Source of the DNA: Conidiobolus incongruus B7586
Taxonomy: Eukaryota
Reading direction: 5' to 3'
Assembly (NCBI GenBank): GCA_000697335.1
Contig: JNEM01008148.1
Location: 1 to 34,137 of the forward strand
DNA: 34,137 bases
The notes under the pieces were generated by a model. That model saw only the letters and a program-made list of their open reading frames with translations. It searched no databases and was not told where the DNA came from. Positions 1 through 13,455 of the stretch are shown here, piece after piece; within the stretch, counting starts at the first letter, position 1; every line of letters begins with the position of its first letter. The position numbers and the translations under genes were made by a program.

Positions 1-494
1 ATAATATATAAAATATTTATTTGACTAATATTAAAATATCTTGACAAATCTCTAGCTATTATAAAAAGATATATTTTAATATATTTTTTAACTCTATTAA
101 TAATTATAATAATAATAGTTGATATTATTTTTTTAAATTTTAATAGGTTATATATATTTTTTTCTTAGATTTAAAATAATTGATTTAACAATAACTAGTA
201 AATTTAGATTATATTATATTATTAAAGTTGCTTGATGATTTTGAATAATTTTAGAGGTTTTATAGCAAAGTTTTATTAATAACAAAATAAAAGACTTTTG
301 ATGATCATTATTTGGTTTAAAAATAATTAAATTAAATAATAAATTTTAAAATTATTTTTTATCCAAAAAACTATTATATATATAATTTTAAACTACATAT
401 TATCCTATTTTTTATATATTCTATTATTAGAAACTAATAATATATTTGAAAAATTACAAATTAAGAAATTTTTTATTTCTTTAAATCTAAGGTA
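1..494 (-). mobile_element. Hypermutated mariner-family transposon relic, 5' part (N-terminal HTH region), truncated by the left window edge
   Basis: Minus-strand translation from ~330 down to 1, with frameshifts, gives KPNNDHQKSFILLLIKLCYKTSKIIQN...SKFTSYC*INYFKSK...IINRVKKYIKIYLFIIARDLSRYFNISQINILYI. This aligns with IVNKMKKYIKKHLFILTRELSKYFKINFISILYIL of the mariner relic at the right end. The right boundary is tentative: 466-494 matches the reverse complement of the putative TIR at 33091-33119 at 19/29 positions. Confidence 0.7.
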
Positions 495-3463
495 ATAATA
501 ATATAAATAGCATTAATATAACTAATTAATATATTCCATCTCCTTCCATTTAATTTCCATTTATTCCTTTTTTTGTTAAAATCAATATTATTTTAAGAAC
601 TAAGATTGTTATTATTAAAATTATAACTATGTTTGACCAGTTGATATATATTCACCAAATATATTTATATTAACTAATATATTCTAAGACTAAATAATCT
701 CACTGATATATTAAATTAATTACCTCATTTAATTTAATATTTCTGCTGTACCGCATCAACTTTAACCGCAATTGCCATTACATATATACTATTTTATAAA
801 ATACTAATAAAAAATATTATAAATTATAATTCAATTTTCAAGTTATTTAATTTATTTTTTATTTTTTGCAACTATTACTTGTAAAAATAGAAAATTATTT
901 ATATAAATTTCTAGAATCAATTATATAAACAACATAAAATCCGAATTTTATTTTAATATATTGAATCATTATAGTATATTGTATTTTATATTATTGATTA
1001 TATATTTAATCATAGTTATATGATTAATTTATTTTGTATTACCCAACCACCAATTATATTGATTTTATCTGTTCAAATCATATATGAAAATTATAATTTA
1101 TAAATAGTTTGGTAGAAATAAAATTGGTATTAACGAATATTTAAAATTTTTGAAAAAATTATAAAAATCCTATTATTATAAATACATTGAAATAAAATAC
1201 TTTTGAACCCTTTATTATATTAAATTAATTGATTTAATTGAGTATATATTTTAATATTTTATTATTTTCATTATATATTTTAAATTTTTTTGTATATATT
1301 GAAAATGATTGTTTATCATTTAATATTATATTATGTCAGAGTTTTTATGAAAATCATAGAATATTTTTCATCTGATATATTGGATGATTCATCATTATCA
1401 ATGGTTCTTATTGGTTAAAATCTTGGGATACTATTATCCCATGATTGAGCTCCCAACCCTAAAGGGTCAATCAACTTCAGCTTCTAATACCACTGAATTT
1501 TCAATTCATTTAAATAGTTCGAAGATTTATTAATTAAGGGTGATATATGTTGGTTTAAGTTAAATTATTCAAGGATAGAAATTAATTGATATGGTTAATT
1601 GTTTTCAATAAACATTTATATTAAAGTATATCCAAATTTTATACTTTAACTGAAAACTTTTTGATCATCAACCTTATAAATATATATCAATAAGATGTAT
1701 TATTTAGATTTAAAGGAGCTAAAAACTCTGGTTAAATACCATAACATTAAAAATGAATTCGTATATAGTCTAAAATTTTATCTTATGTTATTTAAAATTA
1801 ATGATAAAATGAGATTTCACAATATTAGGTTAATATAGTTGTTGATTAGAGAGTATATTTATAATAGTTTGTTATGGTATTTTTGTCATATTATATTATG
1901 AATGAATTCTAAAATACTGAGTATACATACGAGAGTATTCGAATTCATAAAATTTCTAACCTTTTAAGATTTTCTTCAGCTTCACGAAAATTGAAATAAT
2001 GATGATATGAATTCTGAATAATTACTAACTATAATATGTATATTTATATATGTGTGTGTGCGTGTAAGTATATTCTTAAATATAAATTAATATTTTATTT
2101 ATTTCAAATTCATACTTCATTTCATAGATTAATTATATTACTTTATGTTATTCAATTAATGAATTGATTGATATTGTCTTTTTTCAAAATAAATAGTTTG
2201 AATATTTAATTAATTACATGATTATTTTCAGCTATGAATGTACAAATGATTAATATACAGAAGTTGAATTATTCCTTACAATATAGTTGATTAAAAATTG
2301 AAATAAATAAATTATATATATTTATTCATTTTTAACTTGAAATATTAAATAGTTTTTAAAAATATTGGTATTTTATATCATAACAAAAAGTAACTTGAGT
2401 GTAGGATTTCATGATAGAAGTTTGAGTGATTTGGATAAGAAACTGATCATAGTTGACTGATTCTGTTTAATCGAGAGTAGAATAAAAGCAATTAATAATT
2501 AAAATACATTTTAACCAATCTATTAACTATCAATTTATCCAAAACTGTAATTGGATATTATAATTAGAATTTTAAATAATAAATTATAATTATTGACATA
2601 TATTGAGAGATTCATCTTAAATTTATATTCAAGAAAGTTATTATAGGCTATAAACAAGATAAGATTGGGGAAGGGAGTAATAATGTATTTGAGATCAATC
2701 TTCTTTATAATCCAGAAATGTCTATCTTCGTATATGAATATTGACATTATATTATATAATAATAACTTGTTCTAAGAATATTAGTTACAAGTTAGAGATA
2801 TCATTGACAAAATGATCGATAACATATTTAAAGGTTGCACCCATAATTGATTGGATCAATGTACTTTTGAACTTTGGTACTTAATGAAGAGTCTGTTTCT
2901 TTTCTAGCCGCGATATTTATAAAATTATTTAAAATAAATAATGAAATTTCAAAATAATTAGTTTGAAATCAATTTATAAATATTTTAACCTATTTATAAT
3001 AAATGATAGAAAATTAGTTTTATAATAATATATATCGTAAAATTGTTAGCTATCTATTAAAATATTTTAATATACACATATGTATTTAATGCTGGGCCAT
3101 TGAAAAAAACATCATTATTCAATTAGATAACTATCATTTTTTGAAATGTATTATTTCATTAATTTGAAAATGAACTTGTCTCAAATTTCTTATTTTAACA
3201 TTATGATTTCAGGAGTTAATTAGACATCTAGGAAATCTAGATATTGGTTATAATGAGCAGAATATGGCTTAAATAAATGTAACCTTAAGAATATTGCTGA
3301 AAATAAAGTATTAAGATAATGAATTACTTAATGTATATCAGTACTCTAAATTTTCAAATTAGGATTAAATGATAATGTAACGAATGTGAAAAAAATTGAA
3401 TTTATAATAGATTATTCAAATATATTGTAAAATTAATAAATATACAAATGTTTTTAGTTTAAA

Positions 3464-4354
3464 TTAATTAAAAAATCTTTCATAAAATCGAGCTCCTACT
3501 TCCTTATTAATTAAAAGGAGCAAGAGTGAATTGATCAGAGGATTAGAATTAATTAGAGCGGTAGCAACCATGTCAGCAATTGCGGATCTTTGCAGCTTTG
3601 TGATAAGTTCATATAATTCCAAATACGTCTCTAAAGCATTGGTAAGAAGATAAAACACTACAATTACTAATATTTTTACAATTGCAAGCGATAGAGCTCT
3701 GTTATTTTCTCTTATTTGTTCGGGCATGGCTACCTTAACGTTCCTTTTAACCCTTAGAGTGACGATTGAAATTGACACATATGATAATATAACAGTCAGG
3801 ATAGATGCACAATTCAGAATGCAAACCATGTAAAATATTATTCGACCTTCCGGCAACCCTGGTGATACAAAACAATATATTCCTAATTCACCTGGATGTA
3901 TCGAATCTTCATAAGCACTATAAACACCAACGCCAAAATAGAATACTACAATAGAAGATATTATGATGTACCAAACATAGCTAGGAACATAATATTCCCA
4001 AACGATATTTGTAAACCTCTCAAAACTAACAATTGCAAGGAACCAAATGGAACAAAATGTGGCACCTCCAGCGAAGAAATGAGCAAGTTTGCAGAAGATC
4101 GGAAATTGGAATAGAAAATTGGGATTGATGGCTGTTGCAGTGGATTCAATTACCAATGTCAAACAAGTAACAAAATCTACTAGTAGTACAATTAAAACGA
4201 GACGAATATTAGTTTTTCGATTATTTTTTAAGATTGGTCTCATGGATATAAAAATTAATACAATTATTGGTAACCCCACAAGCCCAATGAATATATTAAA
4301 GAGACTCAATATGAGAGTATTCTTAGAGTGTGGATGGGCCTTAATAGAATCCAT
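3464..4354 (-). CDS. Class A (rhodopsin-like) GPCR-like 7TM receptor, paralog 1 (296 aa, intronless)
   Basis: Seven hydrophobic segments; TM2 LIVLLVD, TM3 FCK...VSFERF, TM4 VWY, ECL2 YCF, TM5 LSY, TM7 NSNPLINS. Start moved from 4420 to the ATG at 4354 (MDSIK, aaaATGg). This matches paralog N-termini, and the ATG at 4420 lies only 7 nt from the TATA box. Confidence 0.92.
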   Translation of the reverse strand: MDSIKAHPHSKNTLILSLFNIFIGLVGLPIIVLIFISMRPILKNNRKTNIRLVLIVLLVDFVTCLTLVIESTATAINPNFLFQFPIFCKLAHFFAGGATFCSIWFLAIVSFERFTNIVWEYYVPSYVWYIIISSIVVFYFGVGVYSAYEDSIHPGELGIYCFVSPGLPEGRIIFYMVCILNCASILTVILSYVSISIVTLRVKRNVKVAMPEQIRENNRALSLAIVKILVIVVFYLLTNALETYLELYELITKLQRSAIADMVATALINSNPLINSLLLLLINKEVGARFYERFFN

Positions 4355-4426
4355 TTTACATATATTAAAAATGTATGTGAGAAAATACAGTTTAATTTGT
4401 GTTAAAATAATCATGACCATTACTAT

Positions 4427-4434
4427 TATTTATA
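4427..4434 (-). promoter_or_regulatory. TATA box of paralog 1
   Basis: TATAAATA on the minus strand, 73 nt from the ATG at 4354; position conserved in all paralogs. Confidence 0.7.
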
Positions 4435-4492
4435 TCAAATAATCCAAAAAGTATGAATTTGTGGTTATTATCCTTGATCCAAACATTATTGA

Positions 4493-4502
4493 TGATTGGT
4501 TT
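4493..4502 (-). promoter_or_regulatory. CCAAT box of paralog 1
   Basis: AAACCAATCA on the minus strand, 59 nt upstream of TATA; the same 10-mer occurs at the same spacing in paralogs 2 and 4. Confidence 0.6.
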
Positions 4503-7500
4503 AAGGAATGAAATGAAACAATCAATTATCAATAATTCCTTCCAAAAAAGGTAGTCCCTTATTGAACGAGCATATTTATTTAATAAATATTTCATATAAA
4601 TAGAGAAATAGATATATCCAAAAAAGTAATATTCTTAAAATAATAAAATATATTAAATTTTAATTTGGTGAATTAATTAATTTCTATGATCTTTATTTCA
4701 GATTTTATTATAACTTCCTATTTAATCGATTGCTTTAGTCAAATTTAATCTATGATTTTTGCTGTTGCGTAGTTTTATGCAAAAGAGATTTGGCGTTGTC
4801 TAGATCACGGTATAGATTAAATTAAATAAGGTGGTTTACTTTTGAAATTGATTATTTAGTTGAATAGAAATTCTTACAATTTTTATGGAAAAAATTAATA
4901 AATCATAGTGATATATTTATTTCAAAATAAAGTGACAAATTTTTGGGATATTTTTTTATTTGACATTTTAAATATTGACAAACTATATACAACTTATTGG
5001 TAACAAAATTAATGAAATATATTATTTTAGATATTTATACTATGGATCAATTGATTCAATTTTAGACAAATATATCCATTTATTTCAAAGTGTTATCTTA
5101 GTATATTTAATTAATTAGCCATACCCTGATACCAATCTTCCTCTCATATCAATTCAGAATCATATTTTATTCAATATTTAACTTGAATTGTCTTTTCGGT
5201 ATAGGATGCAACAATAAATTTGCCAAACTTCCAAATAAATTTGAATCTGTCAATATAATTTTAAGGTGGAGCCTATTTGCATAAACATGACGCATAAATG
5301 AAATAAATATGTATTTACGGATAATATTCCGATATTTGAATTTTCGAAATTTCTTAAATTTTATCTTATCATCAAATTTATTTATTTTTTGACTTTTTTA
5401 GTTTCAAAATCGGAAAATAAACACACAATAACTATTATGACCATATTTTTAAATAAATATGCTATCAATTAAATAACAATAGAATTGTATTTAGCGATGA
5501 TATTTCTTGATTGGTACACTCAATGTAAATATCATTCTCACTATTCAATTTCTAAGAAAGTAGAACGAATAAATATACATACCAATATTCGTTTTAATGG
5601 CAACTAATATTACAGTATCATCAATTATTGAATATTTTTCAACTTGGATCATTTGCAATCAAATATTTGTATATATTTGTTATATGTATTTTATTCGCTT
5701 TATAGTCAGTTAAATTTTCAAATTTTCATTTCAATATCTCATTTTAAAAAAATTCTGAATGAATAATACTGTCTGAATATAATATTAACTTTTTTAGTAT
5801 ACTAAGTTTTAAGCTTTGTCATATATTTTTTTTAATTTGTATAATTTTTGAAATTTAAGTGACAATTTAAAATATTCAAATATTTTTTTATATAATTATT
5901 ATCAAATTTGATTATTTTTTATAAAATTATTCCAATGTAAAATAACGTGATATTTTTTAATAAAGCATATATAAAATATCATTTTTATATTTATTTCAGG
6001 GCATCTGAGATGTAATGTTTTCCGAAGTTCATTCTATTTTTTAATAATGTGAATTGATACTTGATACTATAAAATTTATATGTAATTTTATCACATTTAA
6101 AACTTTAGCATTTGAAATAACTTTCATCTATATATAGTAATTAATTTCGTCTTAATCATCAGTTTTGGAATTTATTAATTCGGAAGTGTACTATTACAAA
6201 CTAAGTAATTCGAATTGAAATTAGTTTATTTATGTATTGTGTTAGAAAAATTCATTTATTTGTGAATTCAAATCTATTTTTTATATGATACTTAGGGTTC
6301 ATTTAGAAACGATAGGAGCGAAATATTCGCAGATTTCTTTAAAAGTCATATTTAAATCCTAACTGATACTTTGAATTATTAATCATATTACAAAAATTTC
6401 ATGTGTGCATTAACAAATGTTTTTTAACTTTTGGCATGGATAGTGGTTGGAAAGCTTTATAAGAATCTTATTGAATGAAAAGACTATTACCAAATTGAAG
6501 ATATTAAAATATCAGCCAATAATATATGAATACTACATTATACTCTTCTATATTTTAGCATTAAACTTTGAAATATGTAACTATTAAAACACCTAGGTAA
6601 AATCCTTTTACAAAAAAATATTGAAATTTTTTTATTTTATATGTGTTCAAACTGAATTAAATATATAATATCGCTTAATTAAAAATTTTATGGTTGTCAA
6701 TTGAATATTTTGAAGTATTTATTACATTTATAAAGCAAAGATATACGAAAAACAAATTGATCAAATCTCATGTAAATTTCGGTTAAAATTTGATTGAATT
6801 TACCGATTTGATGATGTAATAAATTAAGAATCAAGAATATGGGACAATGGTTTATTAATTTTTAAGTCGTTAACTGACACAGTAATTTTTGATCAATTAT
6901 ATATTCTACAAAATTGGACTGAATATTTTGCAATTATTATATAAATTCGAATTTATAGAATTTAATTAATTTTTTTGATCCAAAATCGTCATTAAATATT
7001 TTAACCACTAATCAAATATAATTAAATATTTTATATTGTGTTTACATTTCATAAATACTAATATATAATTTTGGAATATATCAAAGATTTATTCATTGAC
7101 CGATACTAACTAAAATAATTATGAATTATACAAAACTATAAATAACATCTTATAATAAGATCAAAATTAAGGTATTTAAAAATTAATGTATATATATATT
7201 TTAACATTAAATTGAATACTAAATCAAAACGAATTAATATGTTTAAATCGAAATTGATAGATTTACATCACTCAAAGGAAAGTGATATGTAATAATTGTT
7301 CAAATATGTTTTATTATCGAATTAATACAACGTTTTACTATAAAACCAAATGTTTAATGATTTAATAATAATTATCAAGTAAACTTTAACCGAAATTTCG
7401 CACAAGGCTTAAACATTGTAACTTATAATAAATTACTTTTAGGTTTGTCATTAAAATGATGATTCCGTTTAATTTCAATAAAGAATAAATTAGTAATAAA

Positions 7501-9599
7501 TGACAGTTACTAATAAATTTTGATCTATAGAATACAACTTACAACATAATTTTATCATGATAACAGAGTATTTTTACCTAGATAATATGTTTTTTCAGCT
7601 TGATACAATAGGGTCATAAAATATATCTTCAAAATAAATATAGTATTAATTAAGATTCCATTAATTACCCCAGTCTGAAAAATTTACTAATTATTCAAAA
7701 TTAATAGATAAAATAGTGAGATTAACAACTTAATTATACTTGTAAATATCAATCACCTTGATATCATCGTTTAAAATAATTCATTAATTTCAAATCAAAA
7801 TCGGAATTGATATATCTCATGGATTTCTTTAATATATTTTTATAATTTGAATTTATAAATTTTATTATTCTAGTGGATCCTCAACTGCTTGAAAATAATT
7901 TTTTTGATTTAAAATTTGAAAATCAAATAATTAAAATAATAATTAACTATATAAGGTAATTCCTAATATTTGTTTGATCAATTTTGGAAATTATTTACAA
8001 TTCAAAATTTTTCGCTCATAAAACCAGAGTTTCGATTATCTGTGTAATTTTTTAATATAGTTACAGTTTCACTTTGCTAATCTAAACATTTTTACCCTTT
8101 TTATTCGAATGTTGGTTAAAAATATATCACATCATAAAAATATCAAACCAAAATTATATTATTAATTATAGTAATCATAAAATTTTAGCCAAGATTTCTT
8201 AAGAATTTAATGATAAAGTTATAGAAATATTTTTTGATATTATTCATTATTAAATAATTTTAAAATATTTAAGAAATCTTCAAATATTGATAATAAAATA
8301 ATTCTGATCTAAACAATTTTAGTAATAATTAGAATTATGAATATATGAAATAAATATAACAAAGTTCATTTAATTCTGTCAAAAATAAAGCTATTCAACT
8401 CACTCAAATTTACCATACTCAATTTAACCACTCAACATTAATGATAATTACCTGTTATAATTTGATCATGTGATTGACTTTTCCTATTAAGACATTTTAA
8501 TAATAGTCCTAAATCTTAGGTTGGAATTCTTGGTTCATCAGGAAAACTTGGATCTGATACGAATTAACTTGTAATTTGTATAGATGGCAGCTGCGTTAAA
8601 ATAAAGCGGAGTCTGATAAAGCTTGATATTTCTAAAACTTGAGATTATATATGATTGGCAAAAGTGCTTTATATTAGTAATAGTTCTTCGTTTATCTTTA
8701 TAATTAGAAGGAGATGTTTTCATATTAAGGGTCCGAATTTATTCCGAACCATATCCATAAGTGGATTAATTTTATACCAATGAGAAAATTGGATTTTTTG
8801 TAAGGAGCGACCATCTTAGCAAATAATATAATAGATTAATATTGTTTATCATTATATAAGATAGTATTGAATAAAAGAAATATATAATATTGAGTTTCAT
8901 AAATAGAATAAATATTAAAATTTTTATATTTTTGTAACGAAACAAATGATTTTTATTATTTAGTATATATAGTTATTGATAATAAACACTTTTTAATCAG
9001 ATATTAGAGAGTATACAAAAATATCCAATATTTTAAATTTAAACAGAGTGTTGATCTTATATTTATTTTATACTCAATAGACATTAATTATGTCAATAAT
9101 TGGTTGAATTTTATTAGTAATATAATGGATTTTTTCAAATCTTGACATTTTTACTAATTTAAATTTAATCTATTATAATTATTCAATTATAAGCACAAGT
9201 AATATATTATTTATTTATTTTCGGAATTGGTTATAAATATTATAAAATTAAAATTCTTTTATATGTATATATTATAATCCCAATATAGTTAGATAACTAC
9301 TATAAAATCTACTAATTGAAAAAGATAACCATATTAATGATATCATTTTTCACATTGTGAGAAGTTGAGTTTCATCAATTATTATCACCTCTATTCAAAC
9401 TAGAAAACAGTTTAAATTTTGGGGAGGTGGTTCAATGGATATTAAGCTAGGAAAATAAAAATCAAAATGAGGGATTCGAATGATAGTCAATTACTAATGG
9501 TATTTGATTTTTAAGTTTTAAAAATAGGGCCAAAAATGAATGTAACAAATGTGACCAAATTTCTAGATTACAATATATTTATTAAATAAAGAGAAATTA

Positions 9600-10526
9600 T
9601 CAAACATGACCATTGTTTTGGTTATTTAATTTGTGATAGTATAAAAATCGTTCATAAAACCTAGTTCCCACCTCCTTATTAATTAGCAAGAGTAATATGG
9701 AATTGAGCAACGGATTGGAGTTGATTAAAGCTGTAGCGATTATGTCAGCAATTTCTGATCTTTTAAAGTTTGTGATAAGCTCATACAATATTAAATATGT
9801 CTCAAAACTGTTCGTTAGTAAATAAATTGCTACAATAGCAAAGATTTTGACAAATGCAATCCTTATAGCACGATTAAAACCTGGTACTTGATCTTGATTA
9901 ACTATCTTAGTATTTCTTTTCACTTTTAAAGTGACAAGAGCAATTGCAATATACGAAAATATAACGATTAAGATAGATGCACAATTCAGAAAACAAATCA
10001 TATATAATAATACACGACCTTCTGGGAGACTCGAAGAAATAAAACAATAAACTCCTAACGTATCTGGATGAATTGAATCCTTAAAAGCGCTATAAATACC
10101 AACACCAAAGTAAAAGACTGTTATAAAAGTCATTAGGGCATACCATACAATGGTTGGGATATACCATTCCAAAACGATATGTGTAAATCGTTCAAGACTA
10201 ACGATTGCAAGGAACCAAATAGAGCAAAATGTGGCACCTCCAGCAAAGAAATAGGCGAGTTTACAAAATGTCGGATGTGCAAATAGAAAATCATGTTTGA
10301 TCAATGTTGCCGTTGATTCAACCACAAGTGTCAAGCAAGTTGCAAAATCTACCAATAATACAATTAAGACAAGACGAATGTTTGTTGTTTGATTGTTTTT
10401 TAATATTGGCCCCATCGATATTAAAATTAAAATAGTAACTGGCAACCCTAGCAATCCTATTAAAAAATTAACTAGACTTAATATTAGATTATACGTCGTA
10501 TACATTTGAGCTTCAGTAGTATTCAT
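9600..10526 (-). CDS. Class A GPCR-like 7TM receptor, paralog 2 (308 aa, intronless)
   Basis: Same motifs (LVD, FCK, SLERF, YCF, FSY, NSNPLLNS). The first in-frame ATG is at 10526 (MNTTE); the ORF track start at 10547 is a TTG. Confidence 0.92.
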   Translation of the reverse strand: MNTTEAQMYTTYNLILSLVNFLIGLLGLPVTILILISMGPILKNNQTTNIRLVLIVLLVDFATCLTLVVESTATLIKHDFLFAHPTFCKLAYFFAGGATFCSIWFLAIVSLERFTHIVLEWYIPTIVWYALMTFITVFYFGVGIYSAFKDSIHPDTLGVYCFISSSLPEGRVLLYMICFLNCASILIVIFSYIAIALVTLKVKRNTKIVNQDQVPGFNRAIRIAFVKIFAIVAIYLLTNSFETYLILYELITNFKRSEIADIIATALINSNPLLNSILLLLINKEVGTRFYERFLYYHKLNNQNNGHV

Positions 10527-10599
10527 TTTCCATATATTAAACAACAATTAAAATGGGAACCGAATTTGATATTTTTTTTAAAATCATGGTAATCACAAC

Positions 10600-10718
10600 T
10601 ATTTATAGCAATATACTGTAATACAAAAAGTTCCATTTGATGTTATATTATGCAAGTCAAATCTTTGATTGGTTTAAGAGAGAATCTGGCAACAATCATT
10701 TTATCGAAGCAATGCGCC
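10600..10718 (-). promoter_or_regulatory. Promoter module of paralog 2: TATA (10600-10607), CCAAT (10666-10675), GGCGCA (10713-10718)
   Basis: TATAAATA 74 nt from the ATG; AAACCAATCA 59 nt and GGCGCA 106 nt upstream of TATA. These are shared with neighbouring paralogs. Confidence 0.65.
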
Positions 10719-11331
10719 TCAAAATTACCCCCCTTCGTACAAAACTTTTATCAGATCCAACTTTATAAATAATTAATCAATATATTTTACAAATTTTATT
10801 ATAAATCTATTGAAATATTTGATATTAATATGAGTTATATATTAAAAAGGATACTATAATTTAATAGTTTCCTTATATTATATTTTAATTATATTCTATT
10901 GGATCAAATTCAATTAACTTTATTAAATCAAAACTATTCATCAAATATAAAAATAAAAATTCTCAAAAATTTTTTTCCATGTAATATACATGTGATGTTA
11001 TAATAATATCTTGATACATTTTATAAAATTTTATAGTCCAAAATATCATTTGATCATTGTAAGAGTTAAACACATTGATTGATTTTAATACTAGTTATTC
11101 AGATATCAAAGCTTGGACACAGGATCTAAAGTAGATTATTGATTTCTTTAAAATAATTAATAACAATTATCACTCTTTCTTGTTTTATATAATTTTATAT
11201 AAACATTCGGAAGAACATATTTGTAACATTTTTCAATTGTGTTTTTTTCCCTATATGTATTTTTTCATTGAATTTGGAAAATAATCAATTTATGACATTT
11301 ATTTAGATCTATTAATTAAGTTTTTCTTTGA

Positions 11332-11353
11332 ATATATATATATATATATATAT
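11332..11353. repeat. (AT)11 microsatellite
   Basis: Perfect AT dinucleotide run read directly from the sequence. Confidence 0.8.
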
Positions 11354-13455
11354 TCATTTCAATTTCCAAACCTTTAGATTATCTTCCTAAACTCAAATTT
11401 CGAAATTCCATAATAATTAATTAACCATTCAAATAAACGTATTGATTAATCCATGATGAGTTTGCTAATTTTCAAATTCTTATACAAAGCATAAATTGCA
11501 TATCATAATTAATTTTATGGGAATATAATTTTACTATCTACAACACATCAATATGAGCATAATTGATAGAATTGTATTCGATTTTACCTATATTGCATGC
11601 TATCATTGAAATAGCGACCTATTAACCTAATGTTGCAGTTATATCACTAGTATATTCTAAAGTATAATTGAGCTCTATCAAATTTTATTATAATATTAGT
11701 TATTCAATTATATACATTTCACTTTTAACATTTAAATATTCCAATATTATTATATGTTAAAAATTTTTGGTCTGCAAGTATTAATAAATCTCCCAAGTTT
11801 TGAAATTTCTTTTCTAATAAGTTTCAAAAATTTACTCAATCAATATTCATAATTCATTATTAAATATGAAATTATTTGATATCGATATTATTCTCAACTT
11901 AATAATTTATAATATTTTTAATGCTTAGAAAAATCTAATAATACATCATTTATTCAAATGAATATTGAAAATTACCGAATATTTTAACTTGAAAAATAAT
12001 AATTTAAATTAATATTTTGTAAAACTGTATATATATATAAACAGGATTATCAATATTGTATTGTAATATCAATTTTGAATAGCTTTAATTACTCCAACCT
12101 TCACTAACAAAAATTGGGATTATAGCTATTATTTGACCTTTAGTTCTCAATTTCATATTATATCAAATAATTCCATAGCTCAATTTGAAATTATTACAAA
12201 TATCATAAAATTGATGATTATAATATTGAAATTTAATTCATAGATAAAGTGATCTTTTCAAAGCATAAAAAATTATAAAGGACATCCTATTCAAATACAA
12301 ATTATTTTTAATTTAATAGAGATATTATTTAAATAATGAATATTTTAGATAAATATTAGTATTTCATTTTAAATTAAACAATTTTTACATATATTATAAA
12401 ATTTTAACATTGTTAGTTTAGTTAATAAATTTTAACAATTATCAAAGTTTTTGATTATATATTGAAATATTAATATTATATCAGAAATTGAGAATTATTC
12501 TGTTCTACATAGTATTCATTTAATAATCTCTGGATTAAAGTTTAACTAGATGAAACTTCCATATTCAAATTGAGTATCATTATAAATAATAATATTCAAA
12601 GCTATATTTCTTGATAAATATATTATATTATGAACTCATTTAATAATGATATTTGTTAAATCTTGTTAAACATTGTAAATCGATTTTGTAACTCTGGACT
12701 AATACAATTTAATAATATTTTCATATAGATGTATATTAAATATATAAAACATAATATAGAATCACATATTCAATCATTTTCTAGTTAATTGTGAACATAT
12801 TTCAGAGCATTCTAATCAATTATAAAAATTGCAGGTTAACTTCATTTCAAATATATGAATTATGATTTAACTGAAACGAGCTAATTAAAAACTTAAATTC
12901 TGTTCTAATTCTTGAATCCAATAATTTTGTGTACATCCAATATTGATGACTAAAAGTCATGTGGTTTGAAGAATCAAGTTCATATCTAAAATAATCTACA
13001 TAACGAGCTAAACTAGAAGGATATATTTTAATTAGATATGAAATTCAGATTAGTACCAATTATAATGTTTTAACAAGATTAAAGCTATACAAGTGTGTTA
13101 ATTTCAAAAAAAATACTAATTTTGAATTAAGTGATTTGATAAAATTTTCCATTCAAACAGATTTATCTAAATATAAAATTAATCAATACAAAGAAACCTT
13201 TGTATTTTTAGAATCCAATTCTCATCAAATAGTTACAAGCTACTAAGCTAATTAATCAGATGACCAGTGACTTTATATTGAATAGAAAATTTTAGAGTAA
13301 TCGTTTTATTCTATTAAATAATTTGAAAATTAATAATAAAATTTTAAATTATGAACTCTTTCTTTTTAAAAGATGTTTATAATAAATTATCATTGCGGTT
13401 TATTTATGAATTAAATAATATTAACATTGATATAATTTGCAAAAAATTTAAATAT

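Noticed and set aside
2535..2747. Small ORFs 2535-2747, 4392-4595, 15232-15429, 16733-16921, 29385-29570, 31775-32026
   Set aside because: Short and mostly I/N/K/F/Y-rich, as expected by chance in very AT-rich DNA; no motifs recognised.
3896..4149. ORFs 3896-4114 and 3961-4149 (and 25464-25676)
   Set aside because: Nested in receptor CDSs in other frames, with no recognisable features.
4355..4420. 22-aa N-terminal extension of paralog 1, and TTG-start extensions of paralogs 2, 5 and 6
   Set aside because: Not conserved among paralogs. The ATG at 4420 is only 7 nt from the TATA box and probably upstream of the TSS, and TTG starts are unlikely in a eukaryote.
4089..4442. Recurrent antisense ORFs over TM1-TM2 (4089-4442, 19085-19375, 25763-25969, 30010-30225) that resemble each other
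   Set aside because: They are shadows of the paralogous receptor codons, mostly with non-ATG starts and variable lengths; their similarity is explained by sense-strand conservation.
8500..8820. GC-richer patch with VGILGSSGKLGS (Rossmann-like) and VICIDGSC (RNase H/DDE-like) on the plus strand, and ORF 8538-8723 on the minus strand
   Set aside because: The motifs are short, mutually inconsistent and interrupted by stops; this cannot be assigned without BLASTX.
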